The notes: a model not told the origin generated them from the letters alone. A DNA stretch of 24,000 bases from Candidatus Wolframiiraptor gerlachensis (GCA_021323375.2 JAJPCT020000001.1:38547-62546); one strand, 5' to 3'; shown: positions 1-9,612, counted from the first letter of the stretch. Numbers and translations: made by a program.

Positions 1-66
1 GCCAAGATCCTAGGAAGGGTGCTCGAGATTCTAACTTAAATTAACGGATATATTGGGTATTTTTGG

Positions 67-852
67 ATGTCGGAGTTTGTGGAGAGGAGTGTGCCGGCTG
101 TTGATGAGCTTGTTATCGGCCTAGTTAAGCGTGTCGAAAAATATGGGGTGTACTTAGATCTCCTTGAATATCCTGGCTGGGAGGGTTTTGTCCATGTCTC
201 GGAGATCTCGCTCAAGTGGATAAAGAATATCAGGGATTATCTGAAGGAGGGGCAGAGGGATGTTTTCAGGGTTCTCAGGGTTGATCCGGCTACGAGGCAG
301 GTGGACGTCTCCTATAGGAGGGTTTCACAGAAGGAGCGGGAGGATAAGATACGCCTCTGGAAGCGGAAGCAGAGGCTGCTGAGGGTGCTGAAGCTATTAT
401 CCGAGAGATCTGGTAGGAGCGAGGAGGAGTTGAGGAAGCTCATAGTCGAGCCAGCCTTGGAGCGCGGTTTAAGCCTCTATGACGTTTTGCTGGATGCGCT
501 TGAGGAGGAGCGTCTTCCAGAGTGGATGAAGCTGGACGAGAATCTCGCCAAGCTATTGATGGAGGTTATAAGTCAGGAGATAAAGATAAGGGAGGTAACC
601 GTCCAAGGACTCTTGGTGATGATGGTTCCGGGAGGGGATGGTGTTGAGGTTATAAGGCGCGCGGTTAGGCAGGCCCTCGAGGCCGCGAAGAAAGAGGATG
701 TCACGATAACGACGATGGGGGCTCCGAGATATCTTATAAGCGTCAAGACCGAGGACGTGGAGACCGGTAAGAAGATAATCCAAAGAGTTGCGGAAGCCTG
801 TCTCGCGGTTATTAGGGAGGCTGGGGGGAAGGGAGAGCTCCAGCTGAAGTGA
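67..852 (+). CDS. eif2a: translation initiation factor aIF2 alpha subunit
   Basis: 261-aa ORF with an ATG start. N-terminal S1/OB-like segment (GLVKRVEKYGVYLDLLEYPGWEGFVHVSEIS) is followed by helical and alpha/beta regions typical of a/eIF2-alpha. Nop10 follows directly, a conserved archaeal neighbourhood. Confidence 0.9.
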   Translation: MSEFVERSVPAVDELVIGLVKRVEKYGVYLDLLEYPGWEGFVHVSEISLKWIKNIRDYLKEGQRDVFRVLRVDPATRQVDVSYRRVSQKEREDKIRLWKRKQRLLRVLKLLSERSGRSEEELRKLIVEPALERGLSLYDVLLDALEEERLPEWMKLDENLAKLLMEVISQEIKIREVTVQGLLVMMVPGGDGVEVIRRAVRQALEAAKKEDVTITTMGAPRYLISVKTEDVETGKKIIQRVAEACLAVIREAGGKGELQLK

Positions 853-858
853 GCGGCA

Positions 859-1023
859 ATGCCCGGCCTCCTTAAAAAATGCACCAACTGCGGCAGGTAT
901 ACGATCAGGGAAGGCTCATGCCCCATATGCGGGGGGCCTCTAAAATCCGCCCACCCACCCAACATATCCCTTAAGCACAGGTACATAGATCTGATAGCCA
1001 AGATGCGGCGCGGGGAGACATGA
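859..1023 (+). CDS. nop10: H/ACA RNP protein Nop10 (54 aa, below the ORF-track cutoff)
   Basis: Hand translation from ATG 859 to TGA 1021-1023 gives MPGLLKKCTNCGRYTIREGSCPICGGPLKSAHPPNISLKHRYIDLIAKMRRGET. It has a CxxC...CxxC zinc ribbon plus the AHPP motif characteristic of archaeal Nop10, and starts 7 nt after the eif2a stop. Confidence 0.8.
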   Translation: MPGLLKKCTNCGRYTIREGSCPICGGPLKSAHPPNISLKHRYIDLIAKMRRGET

Positions 1024-1085
1024 TGTATTATTCATTGTTTGGGGGAACGATTTAAATCCCGGCGGCTCAGAGACATGATAGCAGT

Positions 1086-1862
1086 ATGCCTTCTCGTAGG
1101 GCGCGGGAGGATAATATAGTTCTAGTCGAGCTGAATAGGGCTGTTGACCTAACCGGAGCTCATGTTATCGATGCTACTCCATCAGCGGGCATAGCGCCAT
1201 CTATAGCTCTCAGTTATATGATAGATGGTCTGAAGCCTGTGAAGATCGCGGAGATCAAGTCGCGCTACTTCCCACATGTGAGTCTAGTTAGTAATGGCAT
1301 TGCATCCCAGCCGAAGATCGAGCTATACAAATATGAGAGCAGTGGGGTGAAGCTGATCCTCATTTCTAGGAACTTTGCCATGGAGGATGGGGAGTCAAGC
1401 TATCTGATAGCCGAGAAAATATACAGGTTCCTCGTGGAGAGGAATGCTAGGAACTATTACCTGCTAACCGGGATAAGGCTGACGGGGTCTAGGGGTGTCT
1501 ACGTGGCCTCGGCGGACCCAGATGGCGTTAGGGAGTTCGTTAAGGCGGGCGCGAAGATTCTGAGAAGCTTGGATGAGGTGCCCGCTGACAGGTTATCATC
1601 ACATCTTATGCATCTCTATCTTAAGGGGACGGGCAGGGTCTGGTTACTGGCCGCCGAAGTCATGCCATACTTTCCCGACCCGGCGGCGGCGAAAGATCTC
1701 CTAGAACTGCTGTCAAAGGTCCTCAAGTTCGAGATAGATCTCACGAGGCTTGAGGAGGAGATTAAGAGGCAGAGGGAGATTATAGAGGAGTTTAGGCGGG
1801 ACTATGAGAGGATGCTACAAGATAAGGTTAAGGGCGATAAGGAGCCCCACTATATAGGCTAA
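1086..1862 (+). CDS. PAC2-family protein (proteasome assembly chaperone-like, COG1938-type)
   Basis: 258-aa ORF in the conserved archaeal eIF2alpha-Nop10-PAC2 gene order, with a charged coiled C-terminal tail. Family assignment rests on recollected similarity and context, not a strict motif. Confidence 0.55.
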   Translation: MPSRRAREDNIVLVELNRAVDLTGAHVIDATPSAGIAPSIALSYMIDGLKPVKIAEIKSRYFPHVSLVSNGIASQPKIELYKYESSGVKLILISRNFAMEDGESSYLIAEKIYRFLVERNARNYYLLTGIRLTGSRGVYVASADPDGVREFVKAGAKILRSLDEVPADRLSSHLMHLYLKGTGRVWLLAAEVMPYFPDPAAAKDLLELLSKVLKFEIDLTRLEEEIKRQREIIEEFRRDYERMLQDKVKGDKEPHYIG

Positions 1863-3946
1863 TCAACAAGCTCATAGATGTAAACATAGGCGTAGCTCGT
1901 GTAGGGCTCATCCGATGCATAGACGAGCCTGAAATGCTTGAGGCTTGACGGGCTATAGACATGATGTGTCTGGCCGCTGATCTGGTATGGTTTAAATGGG
2001 ATTAGCTGGCCAAGCGTCGTCTCGGCCCAGAACTTGTCTGTCGGCCTTCCCTCAGGGCTCATGTACTCGCTCTCGTTGAGCTGGTATCCCTCCTGCACCG
2101 CTATCCTCAGCATCCAGATCCACTTGCCCTCATCACCATATCCGAGGAGAACTCCGGCCTGCTGCCCATATGGGATATGCGTCACGAATATCAGGACATG
2201 TGTTGCCCCGAGGTTTCTGAAGATCCTGTAGGCCGTCTCCTCGTTGGACATGAATGCGTAGCCCACCTCGCCTATCTGGGTCGAGTTGAGGGTGGCGTTG
2301 TCCACGATGCTGGTCCTATTGCCAAGGACCGTTATCCAGTAGCCATAATCCCACCATGAGGCGATTACGGCACCCCCTGGAAGATTCTCCCTCATCCACT
2401 CCAATGTCTTGAGCCATGCTGGGATCTCCGCCCTAACTGGGAGCGAGGAGGAGACTATTGTGGGTGGCGTATATGCTGCATCTATCCCGGATAGTGGATA
2501 TCTTATTCCATAGGCACCCGGCGTGAATGAGAAGAGGAGGATGGCGCCGATAAGCAGCGGGGTTAGGAGGTAGTATTCGATGCCGACTGCCCGGGTCTTG
2601 TGCTTGAGGGCTGTGGCTCTAAGGCTTCTCGCGAAGCCCATGACTAGCTCCGCCAGCCCGAAGCCGGCTAGGATCGCCACTGATGGTGCTGCCAGTGTCG
2701 AGAGCCTAACCATCGTCGAGGAGAAGTATATGCTGAGAATCGTGAATGCTGAGAGTATCATGTCCTCATCCTTCCTCCGCTTAAGCGCATAGTATATGCC
2801 GACGATCATTAGCATGGATTGGAATCCTAGATCCCTGAAGAGTATGCTCCATGTTGAGAGCTGGTTCTCAGCAACGGATACGAATATCGGGAGATCGTGT
2901 CTAAGTGATGGGATGAGGACGCTGAGAAACTTGAAACCGGGAAGCCCGGCGGCGCCCAATGTTACAAGCGCCGCGAGGCCGCCCACGCCGGCCAATATCA
3001 CATAGTATGGCAGCCTCTTAGCATGCACGCTATCCGGCAGAAGCCTCGAGACATGGAAGGATAGAAGTATTATGAAGGCTGCGAATCCCGCGAGTATCGT
3101 TATCTCTCTGAGATATCCCGGGCCCAGCTTCGGGACCATCAGGGCTATCAGCGTATATGTTGAGAATGTTATCGTGAAGGCTGTTAGCAGCTCCCTCCGA
3201 TATCTCCCGAGAAGGGCTAATAGAACGGATATCAGTGGGATGAAGGCTAGCGGGAATCTCGCGGCGCCCCAGCTTGCTGTCATGTATCCGAGGGATAACC
3301 CGGCTATCGCCGCGTATGCCACGATTCCCCTCTGGCTCCTGCCCTCCTTCAGCGCTTGAATATAGGCCCAGAGGCCTATCAGCATGAGAGGAAGGCCTAT
3401 GCTCTCGTCATCAAACCAGCCGAAGAGGCTTCTCTCACTATGCCCGCTGCTAATCGCTAGGAAGAATGCTGAAAGGAGACCGGCGGGTCTTCCACCAAGT
3501 TCCCTCCCCAAAAGATATGCGAAGAGGATCGCGACCATGGCCATTATTGGTGGAAACATCGCCGCGAGCTCAAGCGCATTCACCTCGATGCCTATCCCGT
3601 GGAGGATGTGGTAGATGAAAGCCGCCATAAATGGTAGGCCTGGGAAAGCTGTCCTACCAACATCCCTCCCATAGGGATACCATGAGGTATAGTCATGCCA
3701 GTTGAAAAAGTCTATGAAGCCCTTCCAACCCCTCTCGATAACATAATTCATCTCCTTGAACTGCATCCATGGATCGAATTCCATGAGATAGACGCCCCAT
3801 CTCATGGGGAGGATCCTGATCATGAAGCCGAGGAAGAGTATGGATATCAGGAGAAAGATCTCAACGAGGATTAGCTTGCCCCGAAAAACCCTCTTCATCG
3901 CGCCGGCCAGCCTGCCACCAAGCTCCCTCATCGATCTCAAGTGCAT
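1859..3946 (-). CDS. aglB: oligosaccharyltransferase AglB (STT3 family)
   Basis: 695-aa ORF with a polytopic hydrophobic N-terminal two-thirds, an acidic first-loop motif (MEFDPW) and the catalytic WWDYG motif (ASWWDYGYWI) in the C-terminal soluble domain. Confidence 0.9.
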   Translation of the reverse strand: MHLRSMRELGGRLAGAMKRVFRGKLILVEIFLLISILFLGFMIRILPMRWGVYLMEFDPWMQFKEMNYVIERGWKGFIDFFNWHDYTSWYPYGRDVGRTAFPGLPFMAAFIYHILHGIGIEVNALELAAMFPPIMAMVAILFAYLLGRELGGRPAGLLSAFFLAISSGHSERSLFGWFDDESIGLPLMLIGLWAYIQALKEGRSQRGIVAYAAIAGLSLGYMTASWGAARFPLAFIPLISVLLALLGRYRRELLTAFTITFSTYTLIALMVPKLGPGYLREITILAGFAAFIILLSFHVSRLLPDSVHAKRLPYYVILAGVGGLAALVTLGAAGLPGFKFLSVLIPSLRHDLPIFVSVAENQLSTWSILFRDLGFQSMLMIVGIYYALKRRKDEDMILSAFTILSIYFSSTMVRLSTLAAPSVAILAGFGLAELVMGFARSLRATALKHKTRAVGIEYYLLTPLLIGAILLFSFTPGAYGIRYPLSGIDAAYTPPTIVSSSLPVRAEIPAWLKTLEWMRENLPGGAVIASWWDYGYWITVLGNRTSIVDNATLNSTQIGEVGYAFMSNEETAYRIFRNLGATHVLIFVTHIPYGQQAGVLLGYGDEGKWIWMLRIAVQEGYQLNESEYMSPEGRPTDKFWAETTLGQLIPFKPYQISGQTHHVYSPSSLKHFRLVYASDEPYTSYAYVYIYELVD

Positions 3947-3988
3947 CCACCTTAATCCAAATTTATGTTTTCTCCCAAGTCAAGACTT

Positions 3989-4237
3989 TCAAGCCCTTAT
4001 CTCGAAGCGCTCGCCAGAGCAGTGAACGAAGCCCTTAACCCTCCTGATGAAGGACGCACAGACAAAGCATCTTAGAAAGGACACATCCTCGCCCTTTACC
4101 GGGCACTTAACATACTCCTGCTTATCCAGAAGCTTCCTTCCAGCAAGCGCTTTCAACGCCTCAAATACCTCCCTCTCAACCTTTAAGGGCTTCTCAGCCC
4201 TCTCAACCTTCACCACGAACCTGGCCTCCTTTACCAT
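3989..4237 (-). CDS. hypothetical small Cys-containing protein (82 aa)
   Basis: ORF only. Cys/His pattern (C-x12-CxxC-x13-HC) suggests possible metal binding. No family recognised. Confidence 0.4.
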   Translation of the reverse strand: MVKEARFVVKVERAEKPLKVEREVFEALKALAGRKLLDKQEYVKCPVKGEDVSFLRCFVCASFIRRVKGFVHCSGERFEIRA

Positions 4238-4324
4238 ACGAGGCTGAATTACTCAGCCTCCTTTTTATCATGTTGCTCCTCAGCGCGCAATTCTCCTTTA
4301 TTAATGGCTGGGATATGGTAATGA

Positions 4325-4819
4325 ATGATGAGCGGGGGCGAGGATCTATCCAAGCTTTTCCCGATTATCGTGGATGAGAGGTCCGGCGCGATGCTTTGGA
4401 GGGATCTCAGAGCCATAACGCTCCAATATATGATCCCTGTTGGCAGGTTGAAGAGATTTTATGAGGGGATTGCTAGCGGGGTTCTCTATGGGACTCGATG
4501 CCCCATGTGTGGTGTGAGATACTTCCCCCCAAGGCCCGAGTGCTCGCGCTGCGGGTCAAGCGATGTGGAATGGGTTGAAGTTTGCAGGGAGGGAAGGCTG
4601 CTGGCCCACGCGGTCGTCAACATTAAGCCGGAGAGCTATCAGCAGTATGAGGATTATGTTGTCGGGGTCGCCGAGATGGATGATGGATTCAAAGTTTTAG
4701 CATGGATTAAGTGCGATGACCCGAAGAGGTTGAAGCGAGGTATGCGAGTAAGGCTCGAGATAGATAAGATAGGGGGAAGCGGTATCCTATTCTACCAGCT
4801 GGTTCCAGCCGAAGGATAA
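4325..4819 (+). CDS. DUF35-type Zn-ribbon/OB-fold protein (thiolase/HMG-CoA synthase scaffold family)
   Basis: 164-aa ORF with the rubredoxin-like ribbon CPMCGVRYFPPRPECSRCGS followed by an OB-fold-like C-terminal half, the typical DUF35/COG1545 layout. Confidence 0.75.
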   Translation: MMSGGEDLSKLFPIIVDERSGAMLWRDLRAITLQYMIPVGRLKRFYEGIASGVLYGTRCPMCGVRYFPPRPECSRCGSSDVEWVEVCREGRLLAHAVVNIKPESYQQYEDYVVGVAEMDDGFKVLAWIKCDDPKRLKRGMRVRLEIDKIGGSGILFYQLVPAEG

Positions 4820-4829
4820 TGGAATAGGT

Positions 4830-6047
4830 TCAGGTCTTCTTTCGCCCGGATACTATTGAGAGCACATCCCTGTCCTTGAGCTTATAGCTTGCTGGGAGCC
4901 TAAGGCCCGTCCGGGCATCAACCGCGTAGAGAATCCCCTTCGCCAGGTCGCTATGTATTTCTCTTGCAAGATCCTCAACCGTCGCGCCCTCAGGCATCAG
5001 GTATACATCCGGGAGGATGTTGCCCTTGTGATCTGATAGCTTCTTAACGTCATAGACCGGGTAAACGGCGCTCATCTTGAGGAGCTTAAACACCGCGACG
5101 TTTAATGCAAACTGGACTCCCGTCCTCATATACTCATCGAGAACCTTGCGCCTAATTATCTCGAGAGCCCACTTCTGCTTATCCGTCAAGGCCGACTCAT
5201 TGATGATTTCAAACTTCTCCTCTCCCGGCACGTATTTTATCAGGCCCCTCTGCTCAGCCCTCCTAAGTATCAGCTCAGCCTCCGCGCTGCATGGGACCAC
5301 TATCTTATCAACCAAGTTATCCCTAAGCCTTCTAAAGTTCTCGGGAGCCGTGTCGAGATCCATCTTGTTGGCGACCACGATTGTCGGCTTCGAGATCTCA
5401 CGGAGCGCCGTGGCGAACTTCCGGTCATCTGAGGGCGTCCAGTTCTCGAAATCCTTCTTATCCAGCCCTGTAGCCTCGAGAGCCCTCTTAATGTCTTGAG
5501 CAGTCACCTTCACCCCCCTGAAAACCTCCTCCATCGCGGCCGGGAGCTCGAGACCCTTCTTCAGCCCCTTGATTATCCTATCCTCGGAGCGCTCAAGCAG
5601 CTTGATAAACCACATTATCAGCTCCTCCTCGATATCATAATAGTCGGCTAGCGGGTCTCCTGTCCCGGGCTCAGCCAGCCTTCCCTCCTCATCAACACTC
5701 CCACTAGCATCAACGACGTGAAGAAGCGCGTCCGACTGGGATGCAACCGAGAGGAACTGGTTCCCCAAGCCCTTTCCAGCCCAAGCACCCTTAATCAGGC
5801 CAGGAAGATCTATGAGCTCTATCGGGATATGCCTCCAGCCATCAATGCACTTTGAGTTCCTAGGATTATCCTGGACATTAAACTCCCTGCAGACACATAG
5901 GGTCACGACGTGAGCAGTCCCATAATTGGGCTCCTTAGTCGTGAAAGGGTAAGTTGAGACCTCCGCCGCCCCGAGGGTCGCGGCGTTGAAGAACGTGGTC
6001 TTACCAGTATTCGTCTTACCTATAAGGCCTACCCTCACTAAAGCCAA
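4830..6047 (-). CDS. Obg-family GTPase (YchF/Ygr210-like) with C-terminal TGS-like domain
   Basis: G1 GKTNTGKT, G3 DLPG and G4 NKMD motifs, with a C-terminal TGS-like segment (MPEGATVEDLAREIHSDLAKG). The track start at 6047 is TTG; an in-frame GTG lies 3 codons downstream. Confidence 0.8.
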   Translation of the reverse strand: MALVRVGLIGKTNTGKTTFFNAATLGAAEVSTYPFTTKEPNYGTAHVVTLCVCREFNVQDNPRNSKCIDGWRHIPIELIDLPGLIKGAWAGKGLGNQFLSVASQSDALLHVVDASGSVDEEGRLAEPGTGDPLADYYDIEEELIMWFIKLLERSEDRIIKGLKKGLELPAAMEEVFRGVKVTAQDIKRALEATGLDKKDFENWTPSDDRKFATALREISKPTIVVANKMDLDTAPENFRRLRDNLVDKIVVPCSAEAELILRRAEQRGLIKYVPGEEKFEIINESALTDKQKWALEIIRRKVLDEYMRTGVQFALNVAVFKLLKMSAVYPVYDVKKLSDHKGNILPDVYLMPEGATVEDLAREIHSDLAKGILYAVDARTGLRLPASYKLKDRDVLSIVSGRKKT

Positions 6048-6334
6048 GCTTAATGGCTCACCTCAAATGATAGAGGCTGAGACTAGTAGAAAACCTTATT
6101 CTCGGCCTGGGTTTATCCTCATTTAAAGCTGGGCTATGAATAGGAGTATCGCCAACAGCAGCGTGTCTAGGGCTATTAGGGCCGTGAGCTTTACCCACGA
6201 GAATAGGGCCTCTCGCTCCATCCCCGGGATCAACATGCTCCATGGCTTGGTTTAATCCTTGTGATTCTAGAGCTGGAGCACCTATATTCTCGAACATATT
6301 CCAGTAATTCTAGAGAGTTCTCCGCGCGCCTCGA

Positions 6335-6916
6335 CTATTCCTCTACCTGCTCTCGCTCCTTCTCCTCGCCATGTGCTGGCTCTTCTAGGCGGAGCTCGAG
6401 AACGGATTTAAGAAGCTCCTGTTGATCCACCTCGACCCTAGTCCGCCAGCCCACCATCAAGACGTCATCCTCCGTTTTCTCTAAGTAGCCCCGGCGGATC
6501 GCCCTCTCAATATATGTCTCAGCCTTCCATCTCGGCAGCTTTGCCTCTAAAACCTCTAGAACATCCCTTAAGGGCGCCTTGCCACCCCTACTAGCTAGGA
6601 CGGAGAGGGCTATGGCTAGGGCCGCGACCTCATCTATACTCCATCCAGCAGCCACTAGATCAGAGAGGGTTAACTGATGCGAGAGAACGATATAGAACCT
6701 GGCCTTATCAAGATCCTCGCCCTCCTCGAGAATGGTCTTAACCTCGAGCCCTATTCTCTTGAGATAGGAGTTTAAGGCGTCGATTATCTTCATGTAGTTT
6801 TTGCCGAGCTTCTGCTTCAGCTCCCATCCCTTGACGCCTGGCTTCCGGTGGCTTCTAAAGAGGAGCATCGCCGCAGCGGTTGCCAGCTTTCTCGAGAACG
6901 CCTCATCGCTGCTCAT
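6335..6916 (-). CDS. tandem winged-helix protein, ScpB/KITE-like (third gene of the SMC-like operon)
   Basis: 193-aa ORF with two successive WH-like modules (AAAMLLFRSH...KIIDALNSYLKRIGLEV...FYIVLS and EVAALAIALSVLASRGG...IERAIRRGYLEKTEDDVLMVGWR), the size and pattern of ScpB/KITE subunits. It lies directly downstream of the kleisin-like gene. Confidence 0.5.
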   Translation of the reverse strand: MSSDEAFSRKLATAAAMLLFRSHRKPGVKGWELKQKLGKNYMKIIDALNSYLKRIGLEVKTILEEGEDLDKARFYIVLSHQLTLSDLVAAGWSIDEVAALAIALSVLASRGGKAPLRDVLEVLEAKLPRWKAETYIERAIRRGYLEKTEDDVLMVGWRTRVEVDQQELLKSVLELRLEEPAHGEEKEREQVEE

Positions 6917-6923
6917 GCCCGCC

Positions 6924-7676
6924 TCAACTCCTCAGGGTTATTACGAGAGATGATGGCCTCTTTCTCTCCGACTTCTCCCTTCTAGGCACAAGCTTTAACT
7001 CACCCTTCAAGGGATTCCTCCTAACATCGACATAGCCATTTGTTATCAGGAAGCTTAGAAGATATGCTCGCTCGAAGGTCTCCTCGAAGCTCTTCCCCTG
7101 CACGAACTCCCAGTAATCTATCTCGCCCTCGAGCTCATATCTCTGGATTAACTCACGATGTAGCTGCTCAAGCTTCTCGGATAGCTCCTCCTCGAGTTCC
7201 AGGCTTCCTCTAGCATGCTCAACCTCCCTCTGGGAGATCTTCCAACCCATGCTCCTGCCGCCTGCTCTTGGAGGTAGGCTGAGGAAGTGCTCGATGCCCT
7301 GCCTGAGCCTGTGAAGCGTTATCTGCTCTAGGGATATTATGGGCCTCCATGCCTTGAGGAATGCTCTGGCTATCGACTTGTTGTCAAGCGCCATGAGCCT
7401 CGTCTGAACCATCTGTGCATCTATGAAGAGGGATTGAGCCCTCTCCCTAAGCCACTTATGCTGGAGGGCTATCAGGGTTGCTATCCTATACATCGTCTCG
7501 GCGTCAAGTATGTAGTGCTCGATGTCGCCGCCCTCATCGAGGAGCTTTCTAAGCCTCTCTAGAAGCGCCCTCACGTTAACTGTGAAAGGGTCGAGCCCCC
7601 TCTTCTCAATATTCTCGCAGATTTGTATTATCCTCTCAAGCTCTTCCCTTGAGATCTTAAATGATTTTGAGGACAT
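6924..7676 (-). CDS. kleisin-like protein (ScpA-like)
   Basis: 250-aa ORF with a helical N-terminus and a C-terminal winged-helix-like segment (FERAYLLSFLITNGYVDVRRNPLKGELKLVP) resembling ScpA C-WHD. Its ATG overlaps the TAA of the upstream SMC-like gene by 1 nt (TAATG). Confidence 0.55.
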   Translation of the reverse strand: MSSKSFKISREELERIIQICENIEKRGLDPFTVNVRALLERLRKLLDEGGDIEHYILDAETMYRIATLIALQHKWLRERAQSLFIDAQMVQTRLMALDNKSIARAFLKAWRPIISLEQITLHRLRQGIEHFLSLPPRAGGRSMGWKISQREVEHARGSLELEEELSEKLEQLHRELIQRYELEGEIDYWEFVQGKSFEETFERAYLLSFLITNGYVDVRRNPLKGELKLVPRREKSERKRPSSLVITLRS

Positions 7677-9442
7677 TACTCCGGCCTCCCTATCGTGGAT
7701 TTCCCGCCCACATTCTGTACTAAGATCACATTCACGCCCTCCTTCACGGGAATCCTCCCAGGCGTGATTATTATGTACTGGGATCTCGGCTCCTGCCCAG
7801 CCACATTCATCAAGAGCTTTATCATCCTCTCGCGGTTGAGTGGATCTAGATGGACGTCAAACTCGTCCACGGCCCTGAAGGGCGACTTGATGTATCTTTG
7901 GAGTGCTAGAAGGAATGCGAGCGTGCCGACGATCCTCTCGCCGCCGCTATGCGTCTGGGCGTCGAGTATGACGGGCTCGGCTCCCCGGAACCCGACATGA
8001 AGCTCTATGCTAGCCTTCTCCGGGTCCTCCAAGTTCCTCAGCACTATGCTGCCCCTACCATCAACTATCGAGAGTATTGAGTTGAACTTGGGCTCCACAT
8101 CCCTCACAAGCTCTCTCAGGAACTTTCTCCAGAGCTCCTTCCTATACTCCAGCTCCCCCATCGCCTTTTTCAAGTTCTCCTCAAGCTCCATGGATCTCTG
8201 CTCAGTCTCCCTATACCTAGCATCCGCGACGAGATACATGTCCTCAGCCTCCTCGAATACCTCTCCAAGAGAAGCTATTTGGAGCCCTATGGCCCGGATA
8301 TCCTCAAGAATCTCCGACGGCTTTCTCGAGGTCTTAACCCTCTCGCCGAGGGCGGAGGCATTTCTAAGCTTTTCCGCGAGGTCCTTCTCGATCCTGTTAA
8401 GCTCGTAACTGAGCCTCCTCTGCTCCGACCTATTCTCCTGAAGCCTATATTTCGCGACCTCCGCGAGCCCCTTCTCCTCCAATAATATGTCCAAGTCCTT
8501 CCCGAAGCCCTCAAGGTTCACGAGCTCGCCACGCTTAACCGCGTCCACTAGATCTAGGAGCTTTCGCCTAATCCTCTCAACCTCGCCTTCATGATACTCT
8601 ATCTCACCTAGAAGCTTCCTCTCCTCGAGCATGAGGGCCTCGATCCTCTCCCTAAGCTTGTTCGCCGACGCCTCGGCCTCCGAGACGAGCGCCCACGCAT
8701 ACTCCAGCTCAAGCCTCCTCTTCTCACCCTCGAGCCTCCTCTTCATCATGAGCTTCTCATACTGCTCCTTCCAGTACTCGACCGCGGCCCTCGCCTCCTC
8801 AAGCGCCCTCTTCAAGCTCTTCTCCTGCGCCTCTATGTCCCTAAGCTTCGCCTCCGCCTCTATTATCCTCTGCCTGAACTGTGATGCTCCGACGGCATCC
8901 TCAACCATCCTAAGCTTCTCGATATTGTTCTTTGAGGCGAACTCCTCGATCATGTTCTGATGCATTATTATCAGCATGTTGTTCGGATTTATCCCCAGCC
9001 TTCTCAGGAGATGATCCACCTCGGCCTTAGTCTTCAGCCTATTGTTAACATAATGCCAGTATTCGCCGGTCCTCTTCAAGTATCTCGTTATCACGAGCTG
9101 GTCGGATTGAAGCCATGGTATCGGCCTCTTCCCATCAACCTCCGTGTTATCGAAGATCACTGTAAGCCTTGTCGCCTTCTCCCTCCTCCTTATCAGGTCG
9201 CTCAGCCTCCCAGCCCTATCCGTGTATGTCTGGCCGAGGGCCACCGCTATGCCGAGGAGAATTGAGGACTTCCCAGAGCCATTCGGCCCCGTGATCACGT
9301 TTAAGCCCGGGGAGAGCGTGACCCTAGAATACTCATGACTCATGAAGTTCTCAAGAATGACCTCGCGAATATAGGTGCCAATAGGCCTGGACGCCTCCTC
9401 CAGCGCGCCCGCTGATTTCTCGCCCGAAGCCATCCTCCCCAT
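7676..9442 (-). CDS. short SMC/Rad50-superfamily ATPase (588 aa, hingeless)
   Basis: Walker A ITGPNGSGKSS at the N-terminus. The C-terminal head carries the ABC signature HSGGER and Walker B/D-loop AVDEFDVHLDP. The central ~250-300 aa are E/K/R/L-rich and coiled-coil-like. The protein has no cysteine, so no CxxC zinc hook. Confidence 0.85.
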   Translation of the reverse strand: MGRMASGEKSAGALEEASRPIGTYIREVILENFMSHEYSRVTLSPGLNVITGPNGSGKSSILLGIAVALGQTYTDRAGRLSDLIRRREKATRLTVIFDNTEVDGKRPIPWLQSDQLVITRYLKRTGEYWHYVNNRLKTKAEVDHLLRRLGINPNNMLIIMHQNMIEEFASKNNIEKLRMVEDAVGASQFRQRIIEAEAKLRDIEAQEKSLKRALEEARAAVEYWKEQYEKLMMKRRLEGEKRRLELEYAWALVSEAEASANKLRERIEALMLEERKLLGEIEYHEGEVERIRRKLLDLVDAVKRGELVNLEGFGKDLDILLEEKGLAEVAKYRLQENRSEQRRLSYELNRIEKDLAEKLRNASALGERVKTSRKPSEILEDIRAIGLQIASLGEVFEEAEDMYLVADARYRETEQRSMELEENLKKAMGELEYRKELWRKFLRELVRDVEPKFNSILSIVDGRGSIVLRNLEDPEKASIELHVGFRGAEPVILDAQTHSGGERIVGTLAFLLALQRYIKSPFRAVDEFDVHLDPLNRERMIKLLMNVAGQEPRSQYIIITPGRIPVKEGVNVILVQNVGGKSTIGRPE

Positions 9443-9612
9443 GGCGATGAAGAGCCCTCATATTAAGGGATATGCTCGTGAGATGCTGAAAGCATTCCCG
9501 AGAAAATTTCCCGGAATTATCCCGATAGCCCAGGCCCGCCGGGTAAAAGCTATTTTAAGACGCTTGCAATCCCCCTTAATGGAGAAGGGAACTTCGCGAG
9601 AGCGGATGGTGG

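Noticed and set aside
67-1862. eIF2alpha-Nop10-PAC2 cluster as an unusual association
   Set aside because: This is a well-known conserved archaeal gene neighbourhood and is not novel.
2034-3614. Series of 60-95-aa plus-strand ORFs inside the aglB region
   Set aside because: They are antisense to a strongly supported 695-aa AglB ORF and have low-complexity Ser/Pro/Ala/Arg-rich translations typical of antisense frames.
7522-9338. Many plus-strand ORFs (Ser/Leu-rich) opposite the SMC-like and kleisin-like genes
   Set aside because: They are antisense shadows of E/K/R/L-rich coiled-coil coding sequence, with no independent support.
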